Origin: Patescibacteria group bacterium
GTDB lineage: Bacteria; Patescibacteriota; Patescibacteriia; 2-02-FULL-49-11
DNA: 64,000 bases
Reading direction: 5' to 3'
Assembly: GCA_041645165.1 (NCBI GenBank)
Contig: JBAZQN010000007.1
Coordinates: 8,318-72,317, forward strand
A model generated the notes under the pieces. That model was given only the letters and a program-made list of their open reading frames with translations, was not told the origin of the DNA and made no database searches. Shown in pieces: positions 55,233-64,000 of the stretch. How positions within the stretch are numbered: the stretch's first letter is position 1; every line of letters begins with the position of its first letter. A program made the translations under genes and the position numbers.

Positions 55233-56036
55233 TTACTTTGAGACCTCATTTGAAGGCGCGCCCTTTATTGTATTTAATTCTTTATACTGCAAATACGTGT
55301 AGGCGATGAATACAGGAGTGATGATGCTGGTGATAATTTGTATGATGTTTTGCCATACTGCGCTGAAGATCTTGTCGCCTGTGAACATTTTCACGGGAAT
55401 GGAGAGGATGACGTAGATCAAGACTGAGATAACGAGGACAAACAGCGACCTTCCAAATATCGCCCACCAATATCCTGTTATTATTTCCTTACTTCGCTTC
55501 AATGACGCGCGGATTCCCGAATTTTCGAAAACCACCACAAATAACGCAAACGAATAATACACCCAATAGATAATGCCAGGTACGATGAGGAGAAGGGACA
55601 ACAACACAATTAACAATCCGTACAGAAAGCCCGCACCTACCACTTTCCACCAATAGCGCTGCGCGCGTTTGAATGTCTCTCGCACCGATTCGGAGGGCAG
55701 TGACTGCATGCGGAGACATATCGCCGTAGAGGTAAGAATGCTGAGGTAAACAAGCAGAAGAAGCCACACGATACCGAAGATGCCCAGAATAATATTCACA
55801 ATCGCCTCCTCTCTTGCGCTCCCCTTATGAAGTACCATGATTATCACATTAAGAAGCAGCAATACACGGGGGAGCAATCCTACGAGGATTATCAATGCGT
55901 AAGGCTTGAGCTGTGAAAGGACGAGCTCAACCGCCTGTTTGAATAGGTCGGGAGGACTGCTAAGTGTGGGTCGTTGAATTGTAAGTGGTTGCATATCATT
56001 GGTCATACGTGATGGAGTGAGATTTAATGCCAACAT
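55233..56036 (-). CDS. polytopic membrane protein, function unknown (DUF975-like)
   Basis: Six or more predicted TM helices, no motifs. Confidence 0.4.
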   Translation of the reverse strand: MLALNLTPSRMTNDMQPLTIQRPTLSSPPDLFKQAVELVLSQLKPYALIILVGLLPRVLLLLNVIIMVLHKGSAREEAIVNIILGIFGIVWLLLLVYLSILTSTAICLRMQSLPSESVRETFKRAQRYWWKVVGAGFLYGLLIVLLSLLLIVPGIIYWVYYSFALFVVVFENSGIRASLKRSKEIITGYWWAIFGRSLFVLVISVLIYVILSIPVKMFTGDKIFSAVWQNIIQIITSIITPVFIAYTYLQYKELNTIKGAPSNEVSK

Positions 56037-56899
56037 AGTGAAGGTTTTTCACCGATGATTTTCTCCAAGTAGGTGATTGCGTCCCGCTGGTCTCCCAAAC
56101 GGTCTGCCAAGCCCACATCCAATGCGCGTTTACCCAACATGGTTGATCCATCGGCAAGGTTCTTGATAGCCGCTTCATCAAGTCCTCTATTGACCGCCAC
56201 ATCTTGGACGAACATATCGTGGAGCGCCACGATGTCCCGCATCATGAGCTGTCTTTCCTCATTTGTTAGTGGCTTATTTGAGTTTCCAATATCTTTGTAT
56301 TGTGCGGATACTAAGCGTTCGTATACGAGCCCTTCACGATTATTTTTTCCTGTTTCCTCAAGAAAAGACCAGTTGACGCCTATCCCACCTACATCAGATG
56401 TAGGTGAAACGAAAATCGTATCGGCGCCGCTCGCGGCTAAATATGCGGACGAAGTACCGCTGCTTCGTATGACCGCAACCGTCGGCTTCTGCACCCGCTT
56501 GAACGCGTCGGCAATTTCTTTCCCCGCAGTGAGGGAACCGCCGTATGAATCAAACTCGAGCAACACCGCCTTGACGCGATCCAGTCCTTCAGCCTGCTCA
56601 AGGTAGTGAATGATCCTGTCCGACGATACCCTGCTCTCTCGCTCCTCATTTTCATCTGATTTATCATCACCAGAGTTCGACTCATTCGGTATATAAGTTA
56701 AGATGGTTCCATGCACCTCGATGCCCATTACATTGCCGTCTGGACAGATTTCTGACGATACACTCATCTCCCCACGAGTCGAATCTTTTCCAAAATGGTT
56801 CTGATAATTCAACGTCCAATACGAAACCAACGTTCCGACAACGAGGAAGTAAAAAAGTACTTTCAACGATCTCATTGTGCTTTCAAATGCTGGGGACAT
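56024..56899 (-). CDS. sppA: signal peptide peptidase SppA (S49 family)
   Basis: VAVIRSSGTSSAYLAASGADTIFVSPTSDVGGIGV is the S49 catalytic-Ser region. Confidence 0.7.
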   Translation of the reverse strand: MSPAFESTMRSLKVLFYFLVVGTLVSYWTLNYQNHFGKDSTRGEMSVSSEICPDGNVMGIEVHGTILTYIPNESNSGDDKSDENEERESRVSSDRIIHYLEQAEGLDRVKAVLLEFDSYGGSLTAGKEIADAFKRVQKPTVAVIRSSGTSSAYLAASGADTIFVSPTSDVGGIGVNWSFLEETGKNNREGLVYERLVSAQYKDIGNSNKPLTNEERQLMMRDIVALHDMFVQDVAVNRGLDEAAIKNLADGSTMLGKRALDVGLADRLGDQRDAITYLEKIIGEKPSLCWH

Positions 56900-57022
56900 A
56901 GTATTATGTTGATCGCTTCAGCCAATTATATCATCCAACTCCTATGTTGGCTAACAGTCAAATGCAAATATTGCTCAATATTAAGCTCTGTGTGTGAGTA
57001 CAAATCAACGTACTTTTATTAT

Positions 57023-57268
57023 TTAATTACCTATAAAATTCAATACGACACCCATAATTATCAAACAAATTCCCAAAAGCGTAAACGGAATTTTTATCAG
57101 GATTCGAGTTTGCTCATTTTTATCCTGAAATAATTCCCTGAATCTACCATAGCCGGGGAAGATAGTAAATAAATAGTATATCTTACCCAATGCTGAAATA
57201 ATGATGGGGAACTGCATTAATGCTATTATGACAAAACCAAATATAATCAGACGTATTGCTGTACTCAT
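57023..57268 (-). CDS. small two-TM membrane protein (possible immunity or orphan)
   Basis: 81 aa, hydrophobic, immediately downstream of the RHS remnant. Confidence 0.3.
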   Translation of the reverse strand: MSTAIRLIIFGFVIIALMQFPIIISALGKIYYLFTIFPGYGRFRELFQDKNEQTRILIKIPFTLLGICLIIMGVVLNFIGN

Positions 57269-57279
57269 AGACTAAGCTA

Positions 57280-58085
57280 TTATTCACTACTCTGGGTCTT
57301 TTCTAATCCAACCGCCAAGAAAACCGAATCCTGTCTTAAGAACTGACCAATATTCTGCTTGTAGTACCTGGCGTTCGCATACGTCAAACTGGTGTCCCTG
57401 TCATACATGTGCCCTGTAAACTTCCTCTGTTCGTCGAAGGAGCCTGATTTCCAGTCAATCCTCATTGATCCGTAGGGGTAGTAGTCCAATAATTGTACCA
57501 TGCCTCCGGTGCTATTCGTAGCGACGTTAGAACCCGTCAGATGATCCGTGTGGATGTATTGGAGGGTTGAGCCTTCCACTGTGGCAACCAGCTGGCTTCC
57601 TGCGTAGATATGCTTACTATTCTTCGTCCCATCGCTATTATACAGCTTATTCGCATACCGCGTCGTCACGCTTCCTGAAACCAGTTTCGTCCTCTGGCCT
57701 GTATGGTCGTACTGATAGGTGACGGTGGAACCTGTTTTCTGGGATTGGGTCAGCTGGTTGGCGTAGTTCCATGAGTGAGTCCAGGTGGAATCAGAGGTCA
57801 GGTTGCCGTTGTTATCATACGCGTAGGTCACGCCGTTGACCGACGTTGCCGCATGGGGGTTCGCGTAATTGGTGCCTTGGTAGAGGTAAGCCCCGACATC
57901 TGACTTGTTAGAGATGTTGCCGATGGCGTCGTAGGAATACGTTTGCGTGAAGTTTCCTGGACTGGTGGATGTGGCGTTGGTGGCGATAGCGGAGGTAAGG
58001 CGATGCAGATCATCATAGGCATGGGTGATGGTATCCGCGTCTGGCTCTGCATTTGGCGCGATTGCGGGGGCTATTTCGTCGAATA
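57280..58085 (-). pseudogene. RHS/YD-repeat C-terminal fragment, truncated and frameshifted remnant
   Basis: 57280-57831 encodes YDHTGQRTK...YANARYYKQNIGQFLRQD but stops right after the RHS core. 57828-58052 continues in another frame. The DNA is near-identical to 59200-59640 and 61590-62040. Confidence 0.55.
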
Positions 58086-58129
58086 AATCTTATTAAGGTA
58101 TTTGCCCCCTTATCTATACTCAACTTCAC

Positions 58130-58417
58130 TCAATCAATCATAATGCCTATATTATGCAATTGTTTCTTTGGGTCCCAATTTTCTGGTTCATTGTCTATCT
58201 TATCTCTCCATGGCATTCCCTCCTCTATCCACTTTTTACGCAATTCCAAATGCCGTTTCTCGCGCTCTTGCGCAGTCTTACCGAAATCATGATATCCATA
58301 TTGTATATGACAACATGGGCAAATATTATCGGACTGACTGTCTCCCTTCCATGCAGGCTCATGATAAACCGAATATATATCGTACCCGCATACCGGGCAA
58401 TAAGAATCGTTAGTCAT
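58130..58417 (-). CDS. small Cys-rich (zinc-ribbon-like) protein, candidate immunity protein
   Basis: CPVCG...CPCC. Its start is 3 nt after the stop of the upstream RHS-CT cassette. Confidence 0.4.
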   Translation of the reverse strand: MTNDSYCPVCGYDIYSVYHEPAWKGDSQSDNICPCCHIQYGYHDFGKTAQEREKRHLELRKKWIEEGMPWRDKIDNEPENWDPKKQLHNIGIMID

Positions 58418-58420
58418 ATC

Positions 58421-59656
58421 TCATTCCTTAATAACGTTATCAACTTTATTCCAATCAACCAACTCGCCTTGTTGGTTATTCCAATAATCCAGATTTGTTC
58501 CTTGTCCATGAACGGCAGGGTCTGGTTTGAAGAACGTCCTGATAGTGCCGTCCGGATTGTAGGAACCGAGCGTGTTCGCTGCTTCGTCATAGACTCTGAC
58601 AATGCCATCTTTATCAATCTTAGTCGGCAACTTATCGCTCTGTGCTCTCTGAAGAAAGTCGCGAGCCAAATCTGTATATTCGTCAGCGCTCCGAGCGCCG
58701 AATTCGCTAGCATGGTCCAAGTAATGTTCTTTATATTTTGTAGGGCTGGCCCACGCCTTAGCTCCTTTCAACCCTTTCGACGCATCCGCCACATTATCGA
58801 AGTGGCCCGCAACGAGTCTCGCTGCCTTACCGTATCCGCCTCCAACGGATAGAAGCCCAATGCCTACGCCTGCAAGAGTAATACTCTTCTGAATTTTGGT
58901 CGAGTTTGGATTAAGCCAAGTCTTTACGAGATCATAGACGTCCCAGACCGTAAAACCCGCTTCAACTGCAAGGTACATTAATCCTGCGATACTGAATGTA
59001 ACCGGTTCAGTGCCGAACGGGTCAATATATTTCATCGGATTATTATTCGCGTATGCATAGCTGTTCAATCCTTGTGGATTGCTCAACAGTGCTGCCGACT
59101 GCGCTCCATCTCGAACACCAATAGTAAGATACACGGGATCCTGTGATAAGAACCGTCCAATCCCCTGCTTGTAATACCTCGCATTGGCATACGTTAAACT
59201 GGTATCCCTATCAAACTCATGCCCCGTGAACTTCCTCTGTTCGTCGAAGGAGCCTGACTTCCAGTCAATCCTCATTGATCCGTAGGGATAGTAGTCCAAT
59301 AATTGTACCATGCCTCCACTACTGTTCGTAGCGGCGTTCGAGCCGGTGAGGTGGTCGGTATGGAGGTATTGAAGTGTCGTACCCTCGACTGTTCCTATGA
59401 GCTGGCTTCCTGCGTAGATATGCTTGGTTGCCGTGGTTTGCTTGATATTGTAGAGCTTGTTGGGATAGTGGCGGGCATAGCCGCTCACGCCGTCATAGTA
59501 CTTGGTCCTTTGCCCTGTGTGGTCGTATTGGTAGGTGACGGTGGAGCCTGTTTTCTGGGACTGGGTAAGCTGGTTAGCGTAGTTCCAAGTGTGAGTCCAC
59601 GTCGAATCTGACGTGAGATTGCCGTTGTTGTCATACGCGTAGGTCACGCCACCCAC
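58421..59656 (-). CDS. orphan RHS C-terminal cassette: RHS core plus a distinct C-terminal toxin domain of unknown type
   Basis: YDHTGQRTKYYDG...DRDTSLTYANARYYKQGIGRFLSQDPV (RHS repeat-associated core), then a ~230-aa unrelated C-terminal domain ending HGQGTNLDYWNNQ. Confidence 0.6.
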   Translation of the reverse strand: MGGVTYAYDNNGNLTSDSTWTHTWNYANQLTQSQKTGSTVTYQYDHTGQRTKYYDGVSGYARHYPNKLYNIKQTTATKHIYAGSQLIGTVEGTTLQYLHTDHLTGSNAATNSSGGMVQLLDYYPYGSMRIDWKSGSFDEQRKFTGHEFDRDTSLTYANARYYKQGIGRFLSQDPVYLTIGVRDGAQSAALLSNPQGLNSYAYANNNPMKYIDPFGTEPVTFSIAGLMYLAVEAGFTVWDVYDLVKTWLNPNSTKIQKSITLAGVGIGLLSVGGGYGKAARLVAGHFDNVADASKGLKGAKAWASPTKYKEHYLDHASEFGARSADEYTDLARDFLQRAQSDKLPTKIDKDGIVRVYDEAANTLGSYNPDGTIRTFFKPDPAVHGQGTNLDYWNNQQGELVDWNKVDNVIKE

Positions 59657-59696
59657 TGACGTTGCCGCGTGGGGATTGGCGGTTTCAGTGTCGGAA

Positions 59697-60233
59697 TCAA
59701 TTTTCGGTGCTTGTTATTGTATTATTCGGATTAAAGTATTTTTTATTCTTAAACAGTCCTATTAATAACACAATAAAGACTAAGAAATAAATGCCAAAAT
59801 TTACCGCCATGCCCACCGGAGAAAAAGTAAAATCAAGCGCTTCCTGACGTACCGCAAGTCCACGCGCCTCACGACTTATAATATATGCGTCCTTTGCCAA
59901 ATCGACATGAGTGAATGAAATGACAAACATGACTACCGTAAAGAATAAATAAAGAACAATACCCGCCACAGCTATTGGGAAGGCTCGTGGATATTGTTTA
60001 AATACAAAGACCGCTGCACTACCCGTAACAATCAATACCGCGAGAGCAAAGACTATATACAATACACCGAATCCAAAATTATTTAGTATATTGTAGTCGG
60101 ATACCGTTTGATAGCGGAGAAGATCGAAAAGTGTGCGTACGAACAACCAAACTAATACGATTATAAGAATCGTGATAATTTTGGGCCGTTTTGACTGCGT
60201 ACTGACCTGTGAATTTGTGACCGTTTGTTCCAT
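59697..60233 (-). CDS. four-TM membrane protein, function unknown
   Basis: Hydrophobic segments only. Confidence 0.4.
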   Translation of the reverse strand: MEQTVTNSQVSTQSKRPKIITILIIVLVWLFVRTLFDLLRYQTVSDYNILNNFGFGVLYIVFALAVLIVTGSAAVFVFKQYPRAFPIAVAGIVLYLFFTVVMFVISFTHVDLAKDAYIISREARGLAVRQEALDFTFSPVGMAVNFGIYFLVFIVLLIGLFKNKKYFNPNNTITSTEN

Positions 60234-60248
60234 ATGATTTTTTGTAGA

Positions 60249-60842
60249 TTACCACATCCGTTCGAATTCGGTGGATTTTATCAATTCTAAATTGGTGAGC
60301 TTAGCGCTTTCGAGCGCCTCTGCAACACGTTCTGTGACGAATCTTACACCTGTACCTTCCGCAAGGAAAATATCGCTTCCGTCCCACATTTTGAGATCGA
60401 AGTAATATCCATATCGTGCACGATATGATCCGTACTTCTCACTTGCAGGTACCTGCACCCACTCACTTTTACTATCATCAATGGGTCCACACTTACCCGT
60501 CACTACAAGCCCGCTATATCCTGACACTTCCTCTCTTTTTTTATTAAAAACTCTTGCCGGGAAAGTTGACCAGCCGGTGAACCTTCCCTTCTTCAACACT
60601 TCGACTACTCTATCGCTGATTAGGAGAATGGGAGGGTTTGCCGACATGAAGTCCTTTGGCCGTGTGCCGCCATTATGACCGAAGATCACGGGCTTTGCTG
60701 AACCTTCCTTTCCAGCAAGCAAGTCGAAGTCGTATTGTACCTTATCTTTGACTCTTTCAGGATACTCCTTAACATATTGGCTCATCGCGCCATATTCTAT
60801 CCCCGCTCCTAGAAGGTAAAATTGGTCTGGAGTGTATGCCAT
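60249..60842 (-). CDS. candidate immunity protein for the AHH toxin
   Basis: Its start codon is 1 nt after the toxin stop. The longer annotated ORF (to 61133) would overlap the toxin by 290 nt, so the internal MAYTPDQF start is preferred. Confidence 0.45.
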   Translation of the reverse strand: MAYTPDQFYLLGAGIEYGAMSQYVKEYPERVKDKVQYDFDLLAGKEGSAKPVIFGHNGGTRPKDFMSANPPILLISDRVVEVLKKGRFTGWSTFPARVFNKKREEVSGYSGLVVTGKCGPIDDSKSEWVQVPASEKYGSYRARYGYYFDLKMWDGSDIFLAEGTGVRFVTERVAEALESAKLTNLELIKSTEFERMW

Positions 60843-60843
60843 A

Positions 60844-62451
60844 TTATTCAATCTTAAAATCAATCCTATACTTCTCGGCTGTTTCATTCGCAAAATTATG
60901 TATCTGCTCTTGCGAAGCGTTTGGATTTTTACTGATAAACTTCTCCCACCTTGCATTATACTCGTTTGATAACTTCTGATGTGTCCCATCCGGTCCCTTC
61001 TGCCACCATGAACCGTACTTGGGATCATGGACATTAATACCGGCTCGCTCAAAGAATCCTCTAAAATTTTCCGTTTGCGGCAACATATGGTGCGCGTCGA
61101 ACCCGCTCCCCGGATTCTTTCCAGTGAGTTCAATTAAGTTACCCCTGAAATGCCCTGAGGTAAAACTCTTAAAGTTCATCGCTCTGTCGACCGCTTTTGC
61201 TGCGTCACTCGCCTTATCCGCAACCCTCGTCACCCGTGCCGCTGCTCCCAACCCGGTCGCGAAAGGAATAGCGGCGCCGCCAATATCAAGCCCCAGGCTC
61301 AACATTTCTCCCTTCACGTCTCCTCCATGAGCAATCGCACCACCTAATTTGTAAAGATCGTACGCGATGAAGCCGATATCAATAAAGGTATCAAGAAACT
61401 CACCTCCCTTGTCAACATACTTGAGAGGATTGTTGGTGACGTAAGAGTAAGAATTGAGGTATTGAGGATTGGAGAGATACTCTCGCATCCTCATGTTCGT
61501 TCCTTGTTGGATTGCCTGCTCGTCCCCGATAGAGAGGAATACGGGATCCTGCGACAGGAAACGCCCTATGTTCTGCTTATAATACCTCGCATTGGCGTAG
61601 GTAAGACTGGTGTCTCTATCGAACTCATGCCCCGTGAACTTCCTCTGCTCGTCGAAAGAGCCTGATTTCCAGTCTATCCTCATGCTGCCATACGGGTAGT
61701 AGTCCAATAATTGTACCATGCCTCCACTGCTGTTCGTAGCGACGTTCGAGCCAGTGAGGTGGTCGGTATGGAGGTATTGGAGGGTTGAGCCTTCCACGGT
61801 GGCAATCAGTTGACTTCCGGCGTAGATGTGCTTGGTTGCCGTGGTTTGCTTGATATTGTAGAGCTTGTTGGGATAGTGGCGGGCATAGCCGCTCACGCCG
61901 TCATAGTACTTGGTCCTTTGCCCTGTGTGGTCGTATTGGTAGGTCACGGTGGAGCCGCCTGTGGATTGGGTAAGCTGGTTAGCGTAGTTCCAAGTGTGAG
62001 TCCACGTCGAATCTGACGTGAGATTGCCGTTGTTGTCATACGCATACACGGCAGAGCCGACTTTTGTCACTGCATGAGGGTTGGCGTAATTGGTGCCTTC
62101 ATAGAGATACGTGCCTTGGTCAGATGCCGTGAGAATATTCCCAATCGCGCTGTAGGTGTACGTTCTTCCGGTGTTATCGCCATTCGCCGCGCCGGTAATT
62201 GAAGAGGTCAAAAGCCTATGCAAATCGTCGTAGGTATAGGTGATGGTCTTGCCTGCGTTGGTGCTGGACGCTTCTACGATCTGAGTGATATTCCCCACCT
62301 GGTCGTATGACCATTCTTGAGGTATCACATTTTTACGATCGTTAGCTTTTGATACCTCTGCATCATCACTTGCAATCCACCCCCTATCAATAACGATCGC
62401 TATATATTGGAAGTGGATATGAACGAGTATTGAACGCCATAATGCTCTCAC
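60844..62451 (-). CDS. RHS/YD-repeat protein (C-terminal portion) with an AHH-family HNH-like nuclease toxin domain
   Basis: YD repeats (TYTYDDLHRL, YAYDNNGNLT, YQYDHTGQRT), the RHS core (DRDTSLTYANARYYKQNIGRFLSQDPV) and C-terminal GSGFDAHHMLPQ (the AHH motif). Confidence 0.6.
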   Translation of the reverse strand: MRALWRSILVHIHFQYIAIVIDRGWIASDDAEVSKANDRKNVIPQEWSYDQVGNITQIVEASSTNAGKTITYTYDDLHRLLTSSITGAANGDNTGRTYTYSAIGNILTASDQGTYLYEGTNYANPHAVTKVGSAVYAYDNNGNLTSDSTWTHTWNYANQLTQSTGGSTVTYQYDHTGQRTKYYDGVSGYARHYPNKLYNIKQTTATKHIYAGSQLIATVEGSTLQYLHTDHLTGSNVATNSSGGMVQLLDYYPYGSMRIDWKSGSFDEQRKFTGHEFDRDTSLTYANARYYKQNIGRFLSQDPVFLSIGDEQAIQQGTNMRMREYLSNPQYLNSYSYVTNNPLKYVDKGGEFLDTFIDIGFIAYDLYKLGGAIAHGGDVKGEMLSLGLDIGGAAIPFATGLGAAARVTRVADKASDAAKAVDRAMNFKSFTSGHFRGNLIELTGKNPGSGFDAHHMLPQTENFRGFFERAGINVHDPKYGSWWQKGPDGTHQKLSNEYNARWEKFISKNPNASQEQIHNFANETAEKYRIDFKIE

Positions 62452-62893
62452 CGGATGCTTTTAGAGATTTTCAAGGTGCTTTGCGGTTACTATGCCCACC
62501 TCTGGAGGGTCTACTGGACTTCCCCTACCCCTGCGGCATCATTGTCCTGTAATGAAGTATATCACGGAGGAAATCGAACGAAAAAATCCATGGAAGCCGT
62601 CTTTCTGATACGGTGATAAAGGGGATGTTTGATCGAAATTCTCTCTCCTTGAATAGGGGGAAAGGTGCCCGCGTCACGAAATATCGGAGTGCGATCAGCA
62701 GCGGCTTCGCTTCAATGTGAGCAACAAATTGAGTATGCCCGCCCAAGGCTAGACTCCACCGACGTACATCCCCTACCCATGGGAGCAAAATCGTCTATTC
62801 ATTGAAGAACTAAGTGTTAAGAAGAGAGGAGAAAATAACATACGTATCCTCTTTATCTTATACTACAAATAGGATAGGGAAATCATTCAAATA

Positions 62894-63718
62894 TTACTTA
62901 GGTATTAACACTTCTATATCCAGAAGCTGATATAAATAATATTTAGTTTTTTCTATTACCTTATTGGTTAAACCATAAATTTGTTGATAATTATATTTGG
63001 CATTTTCTGACCACCAATTTTTTCCTTCTTCAATTGATTCTGTTAAATTTTTCTTCACCTCAACTACCCCTTTTTCTGTTAACCTACTGAATAATTCTTC
63101 CTGATTAAGTATTGTTTCGGCCATATACGCTTTTGAAATATAGGGGTCAACGAATCTATAATTTCCATGACGAAGATCTCCCCTTAATTTTGAACTACCA
63201 AAAACTCGTGATATATCTTTCACCCATTGCTTCAATGCTTCGTCGACTTCTTTTTTATTTATAGCAACTTTTTTAATATCGTTTTTCATTTCAGTTATAT
63301 AACGTACTATTTTATTTTTTACCGTCTCCATATCTTCTAGATAAGCGTATATATGATGTTCTAAAGCTTCATGGTTTGAAACTTTTTCATTACTTGTATA
63401 AAATTCGTTAAAATAAAGCGGGTATTTGCTTATTTTTTTTACAAACCAATCAATTGCTGTCAGTAATTTCCAATATTTTTCTACGATATCCCTATTAAAA
63501 CTTGATCCTTTTTTCGTATCGTCTGCTAAAGAAGGAGAAAAATACTCTGGATTAAGATAAATCAACAAATTGGATAATAGATTTTCTATTTCATTTTGTC
63601 TACTAGGAGTACTCATACTTGCTTCTTCAATTCTACATCTCCAGTCGAGAAAACAGTACTTTGTTGATAGCCGACTGAAAGAGTGGGGTGCAGGCGGCCG
63701 GAACGCTGAAGTCTTCAA
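62894..63718 (-). CDS. hypothetical protein encoded in a strongly AT-rich segment
   Basis: 274 aa, K/E/N/Y-rich. Local composition is far more AT-rich than the flanks. Confidence 0.4.
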   Translation of the reverse strand: MKTSAFRPPAPHSFSRLSTKYCFLDWRCRIEEASMSTPSRQNEIENLLSNLLIYLNPEYFSPSLADDTKKGSSFNRDIVEKYWKLLTAIDWFVKKISKYPLYFNEFYTSNEKVSNHEALEHHIYAYLEDMETVKNKIVRYITEMKNDIKKVAINKKEVDEALKQWVKDISRVFGSSKLRGDLRHGNYRFVDPYISKAYMAETILNQEELFSRLTEKGVVEVKKNLTESIEEGKNWWSENAKYNYQQIYGLTNKVIEKTKYYLYQLLDIEVLIPK

Positions 63719-64000
63719 GACTCGGATGAAAGAGCTACAGACTCCGCAAGCTCGAGCATCCCAAACCTCGCAACAGCTTCTTCCTGCATAACATACTCAA
63801 CAACAATTATGCGACTCAGCTCCGCAGAGTTATTTTATTTCTCCTCATGTAAATAAATTGGAGAGGGTTCTTGAAACCGCTATTCGCTCTTACCCACTAA
63901 GCAGGACCATTCAAGACATACCGGCCATTGTGCCAGGTCACCAATAAAACGTATAAGTAATTTCTTTATACGTTTGCATTCTTTTTTTCAACAACCAACC

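Noticed and set aside
60843-61133. Long N-terminal extension of the immunity-gene ORF (annotated 60249..61133)
   Set aside because: It would overlap the 3' 290 nt of the AHH toxin gene in another frame. The internal ATG at 60842 gives 1-nt toxin-immunity spacing, which is typical.
62452-62893. Possible tRNA or the upstream part of the RHS gene in the 440-bp gap
   Set aside because: There is no T-loop (GGTTCGANTCC-like) or acceptor-stem pattern, and no continuous frame with YD repeats. It appears noncoding.

Overview
This 64 kb window reads as a medium-GC bacterial chromosome segment that is gene-dense and mostly well explained by its protein-coding genes. It contains:
- A glycolytic pair, eno then pgk.
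- A purB gene followed by a purC-purE fusion.
- A complete histidine operon with several gene fusions and a SemiSWEET-like gene embedded in it.
- A MacA/MacB/FtsX-type ABC efflux operon.
- A divergent TrmB-regulator plus B12-binding radical-SAM pair bounded by roughly 95-bp direct repeats.
- An all-minus-strand copper and thiol-redox island: csoR, an HMA-DsbD_2-cupredoxin fusion, an HMA-DsbA fusion, DUF1573, ccdA, copZ and copA.
- An AbiEi/AbiEii toxin-antitoxin pair next to an AAA+ (DUF4143) ATPase.
- Proteases: a rhomboid, SppA and an S1C/HtrA-like enzyme.
- At the 3' end, a polymorphic-toxin locus with three RHS C-terminal cassettes, one carrying an AHH-type nuclease domain, each followed by a small candidate immunity gene.

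What the coding genes do not explain is several families of short dispersed repeats:
- A 34-bp palindrome with a CACGATCGTG core in at least six copies, two of which carry nested insertions.
- A roughly 100-bp MITE-like element with conserved ends.
- A roughly 160-nt hairpin-rich element in two copies that differ by paired, stem-preserving changes.
- TATCC arrays phased at about 10 bp, one of which lies inside a coding region.
- caaat/atttg palindromic intergenic elements, including some between cistrons of the ABC operon.

No rRNA gene and no CRISPR array are present, and I could not place a tRNA by eye. Functions are inferred from recognisable motifs in the supplied translations. No database search was run.
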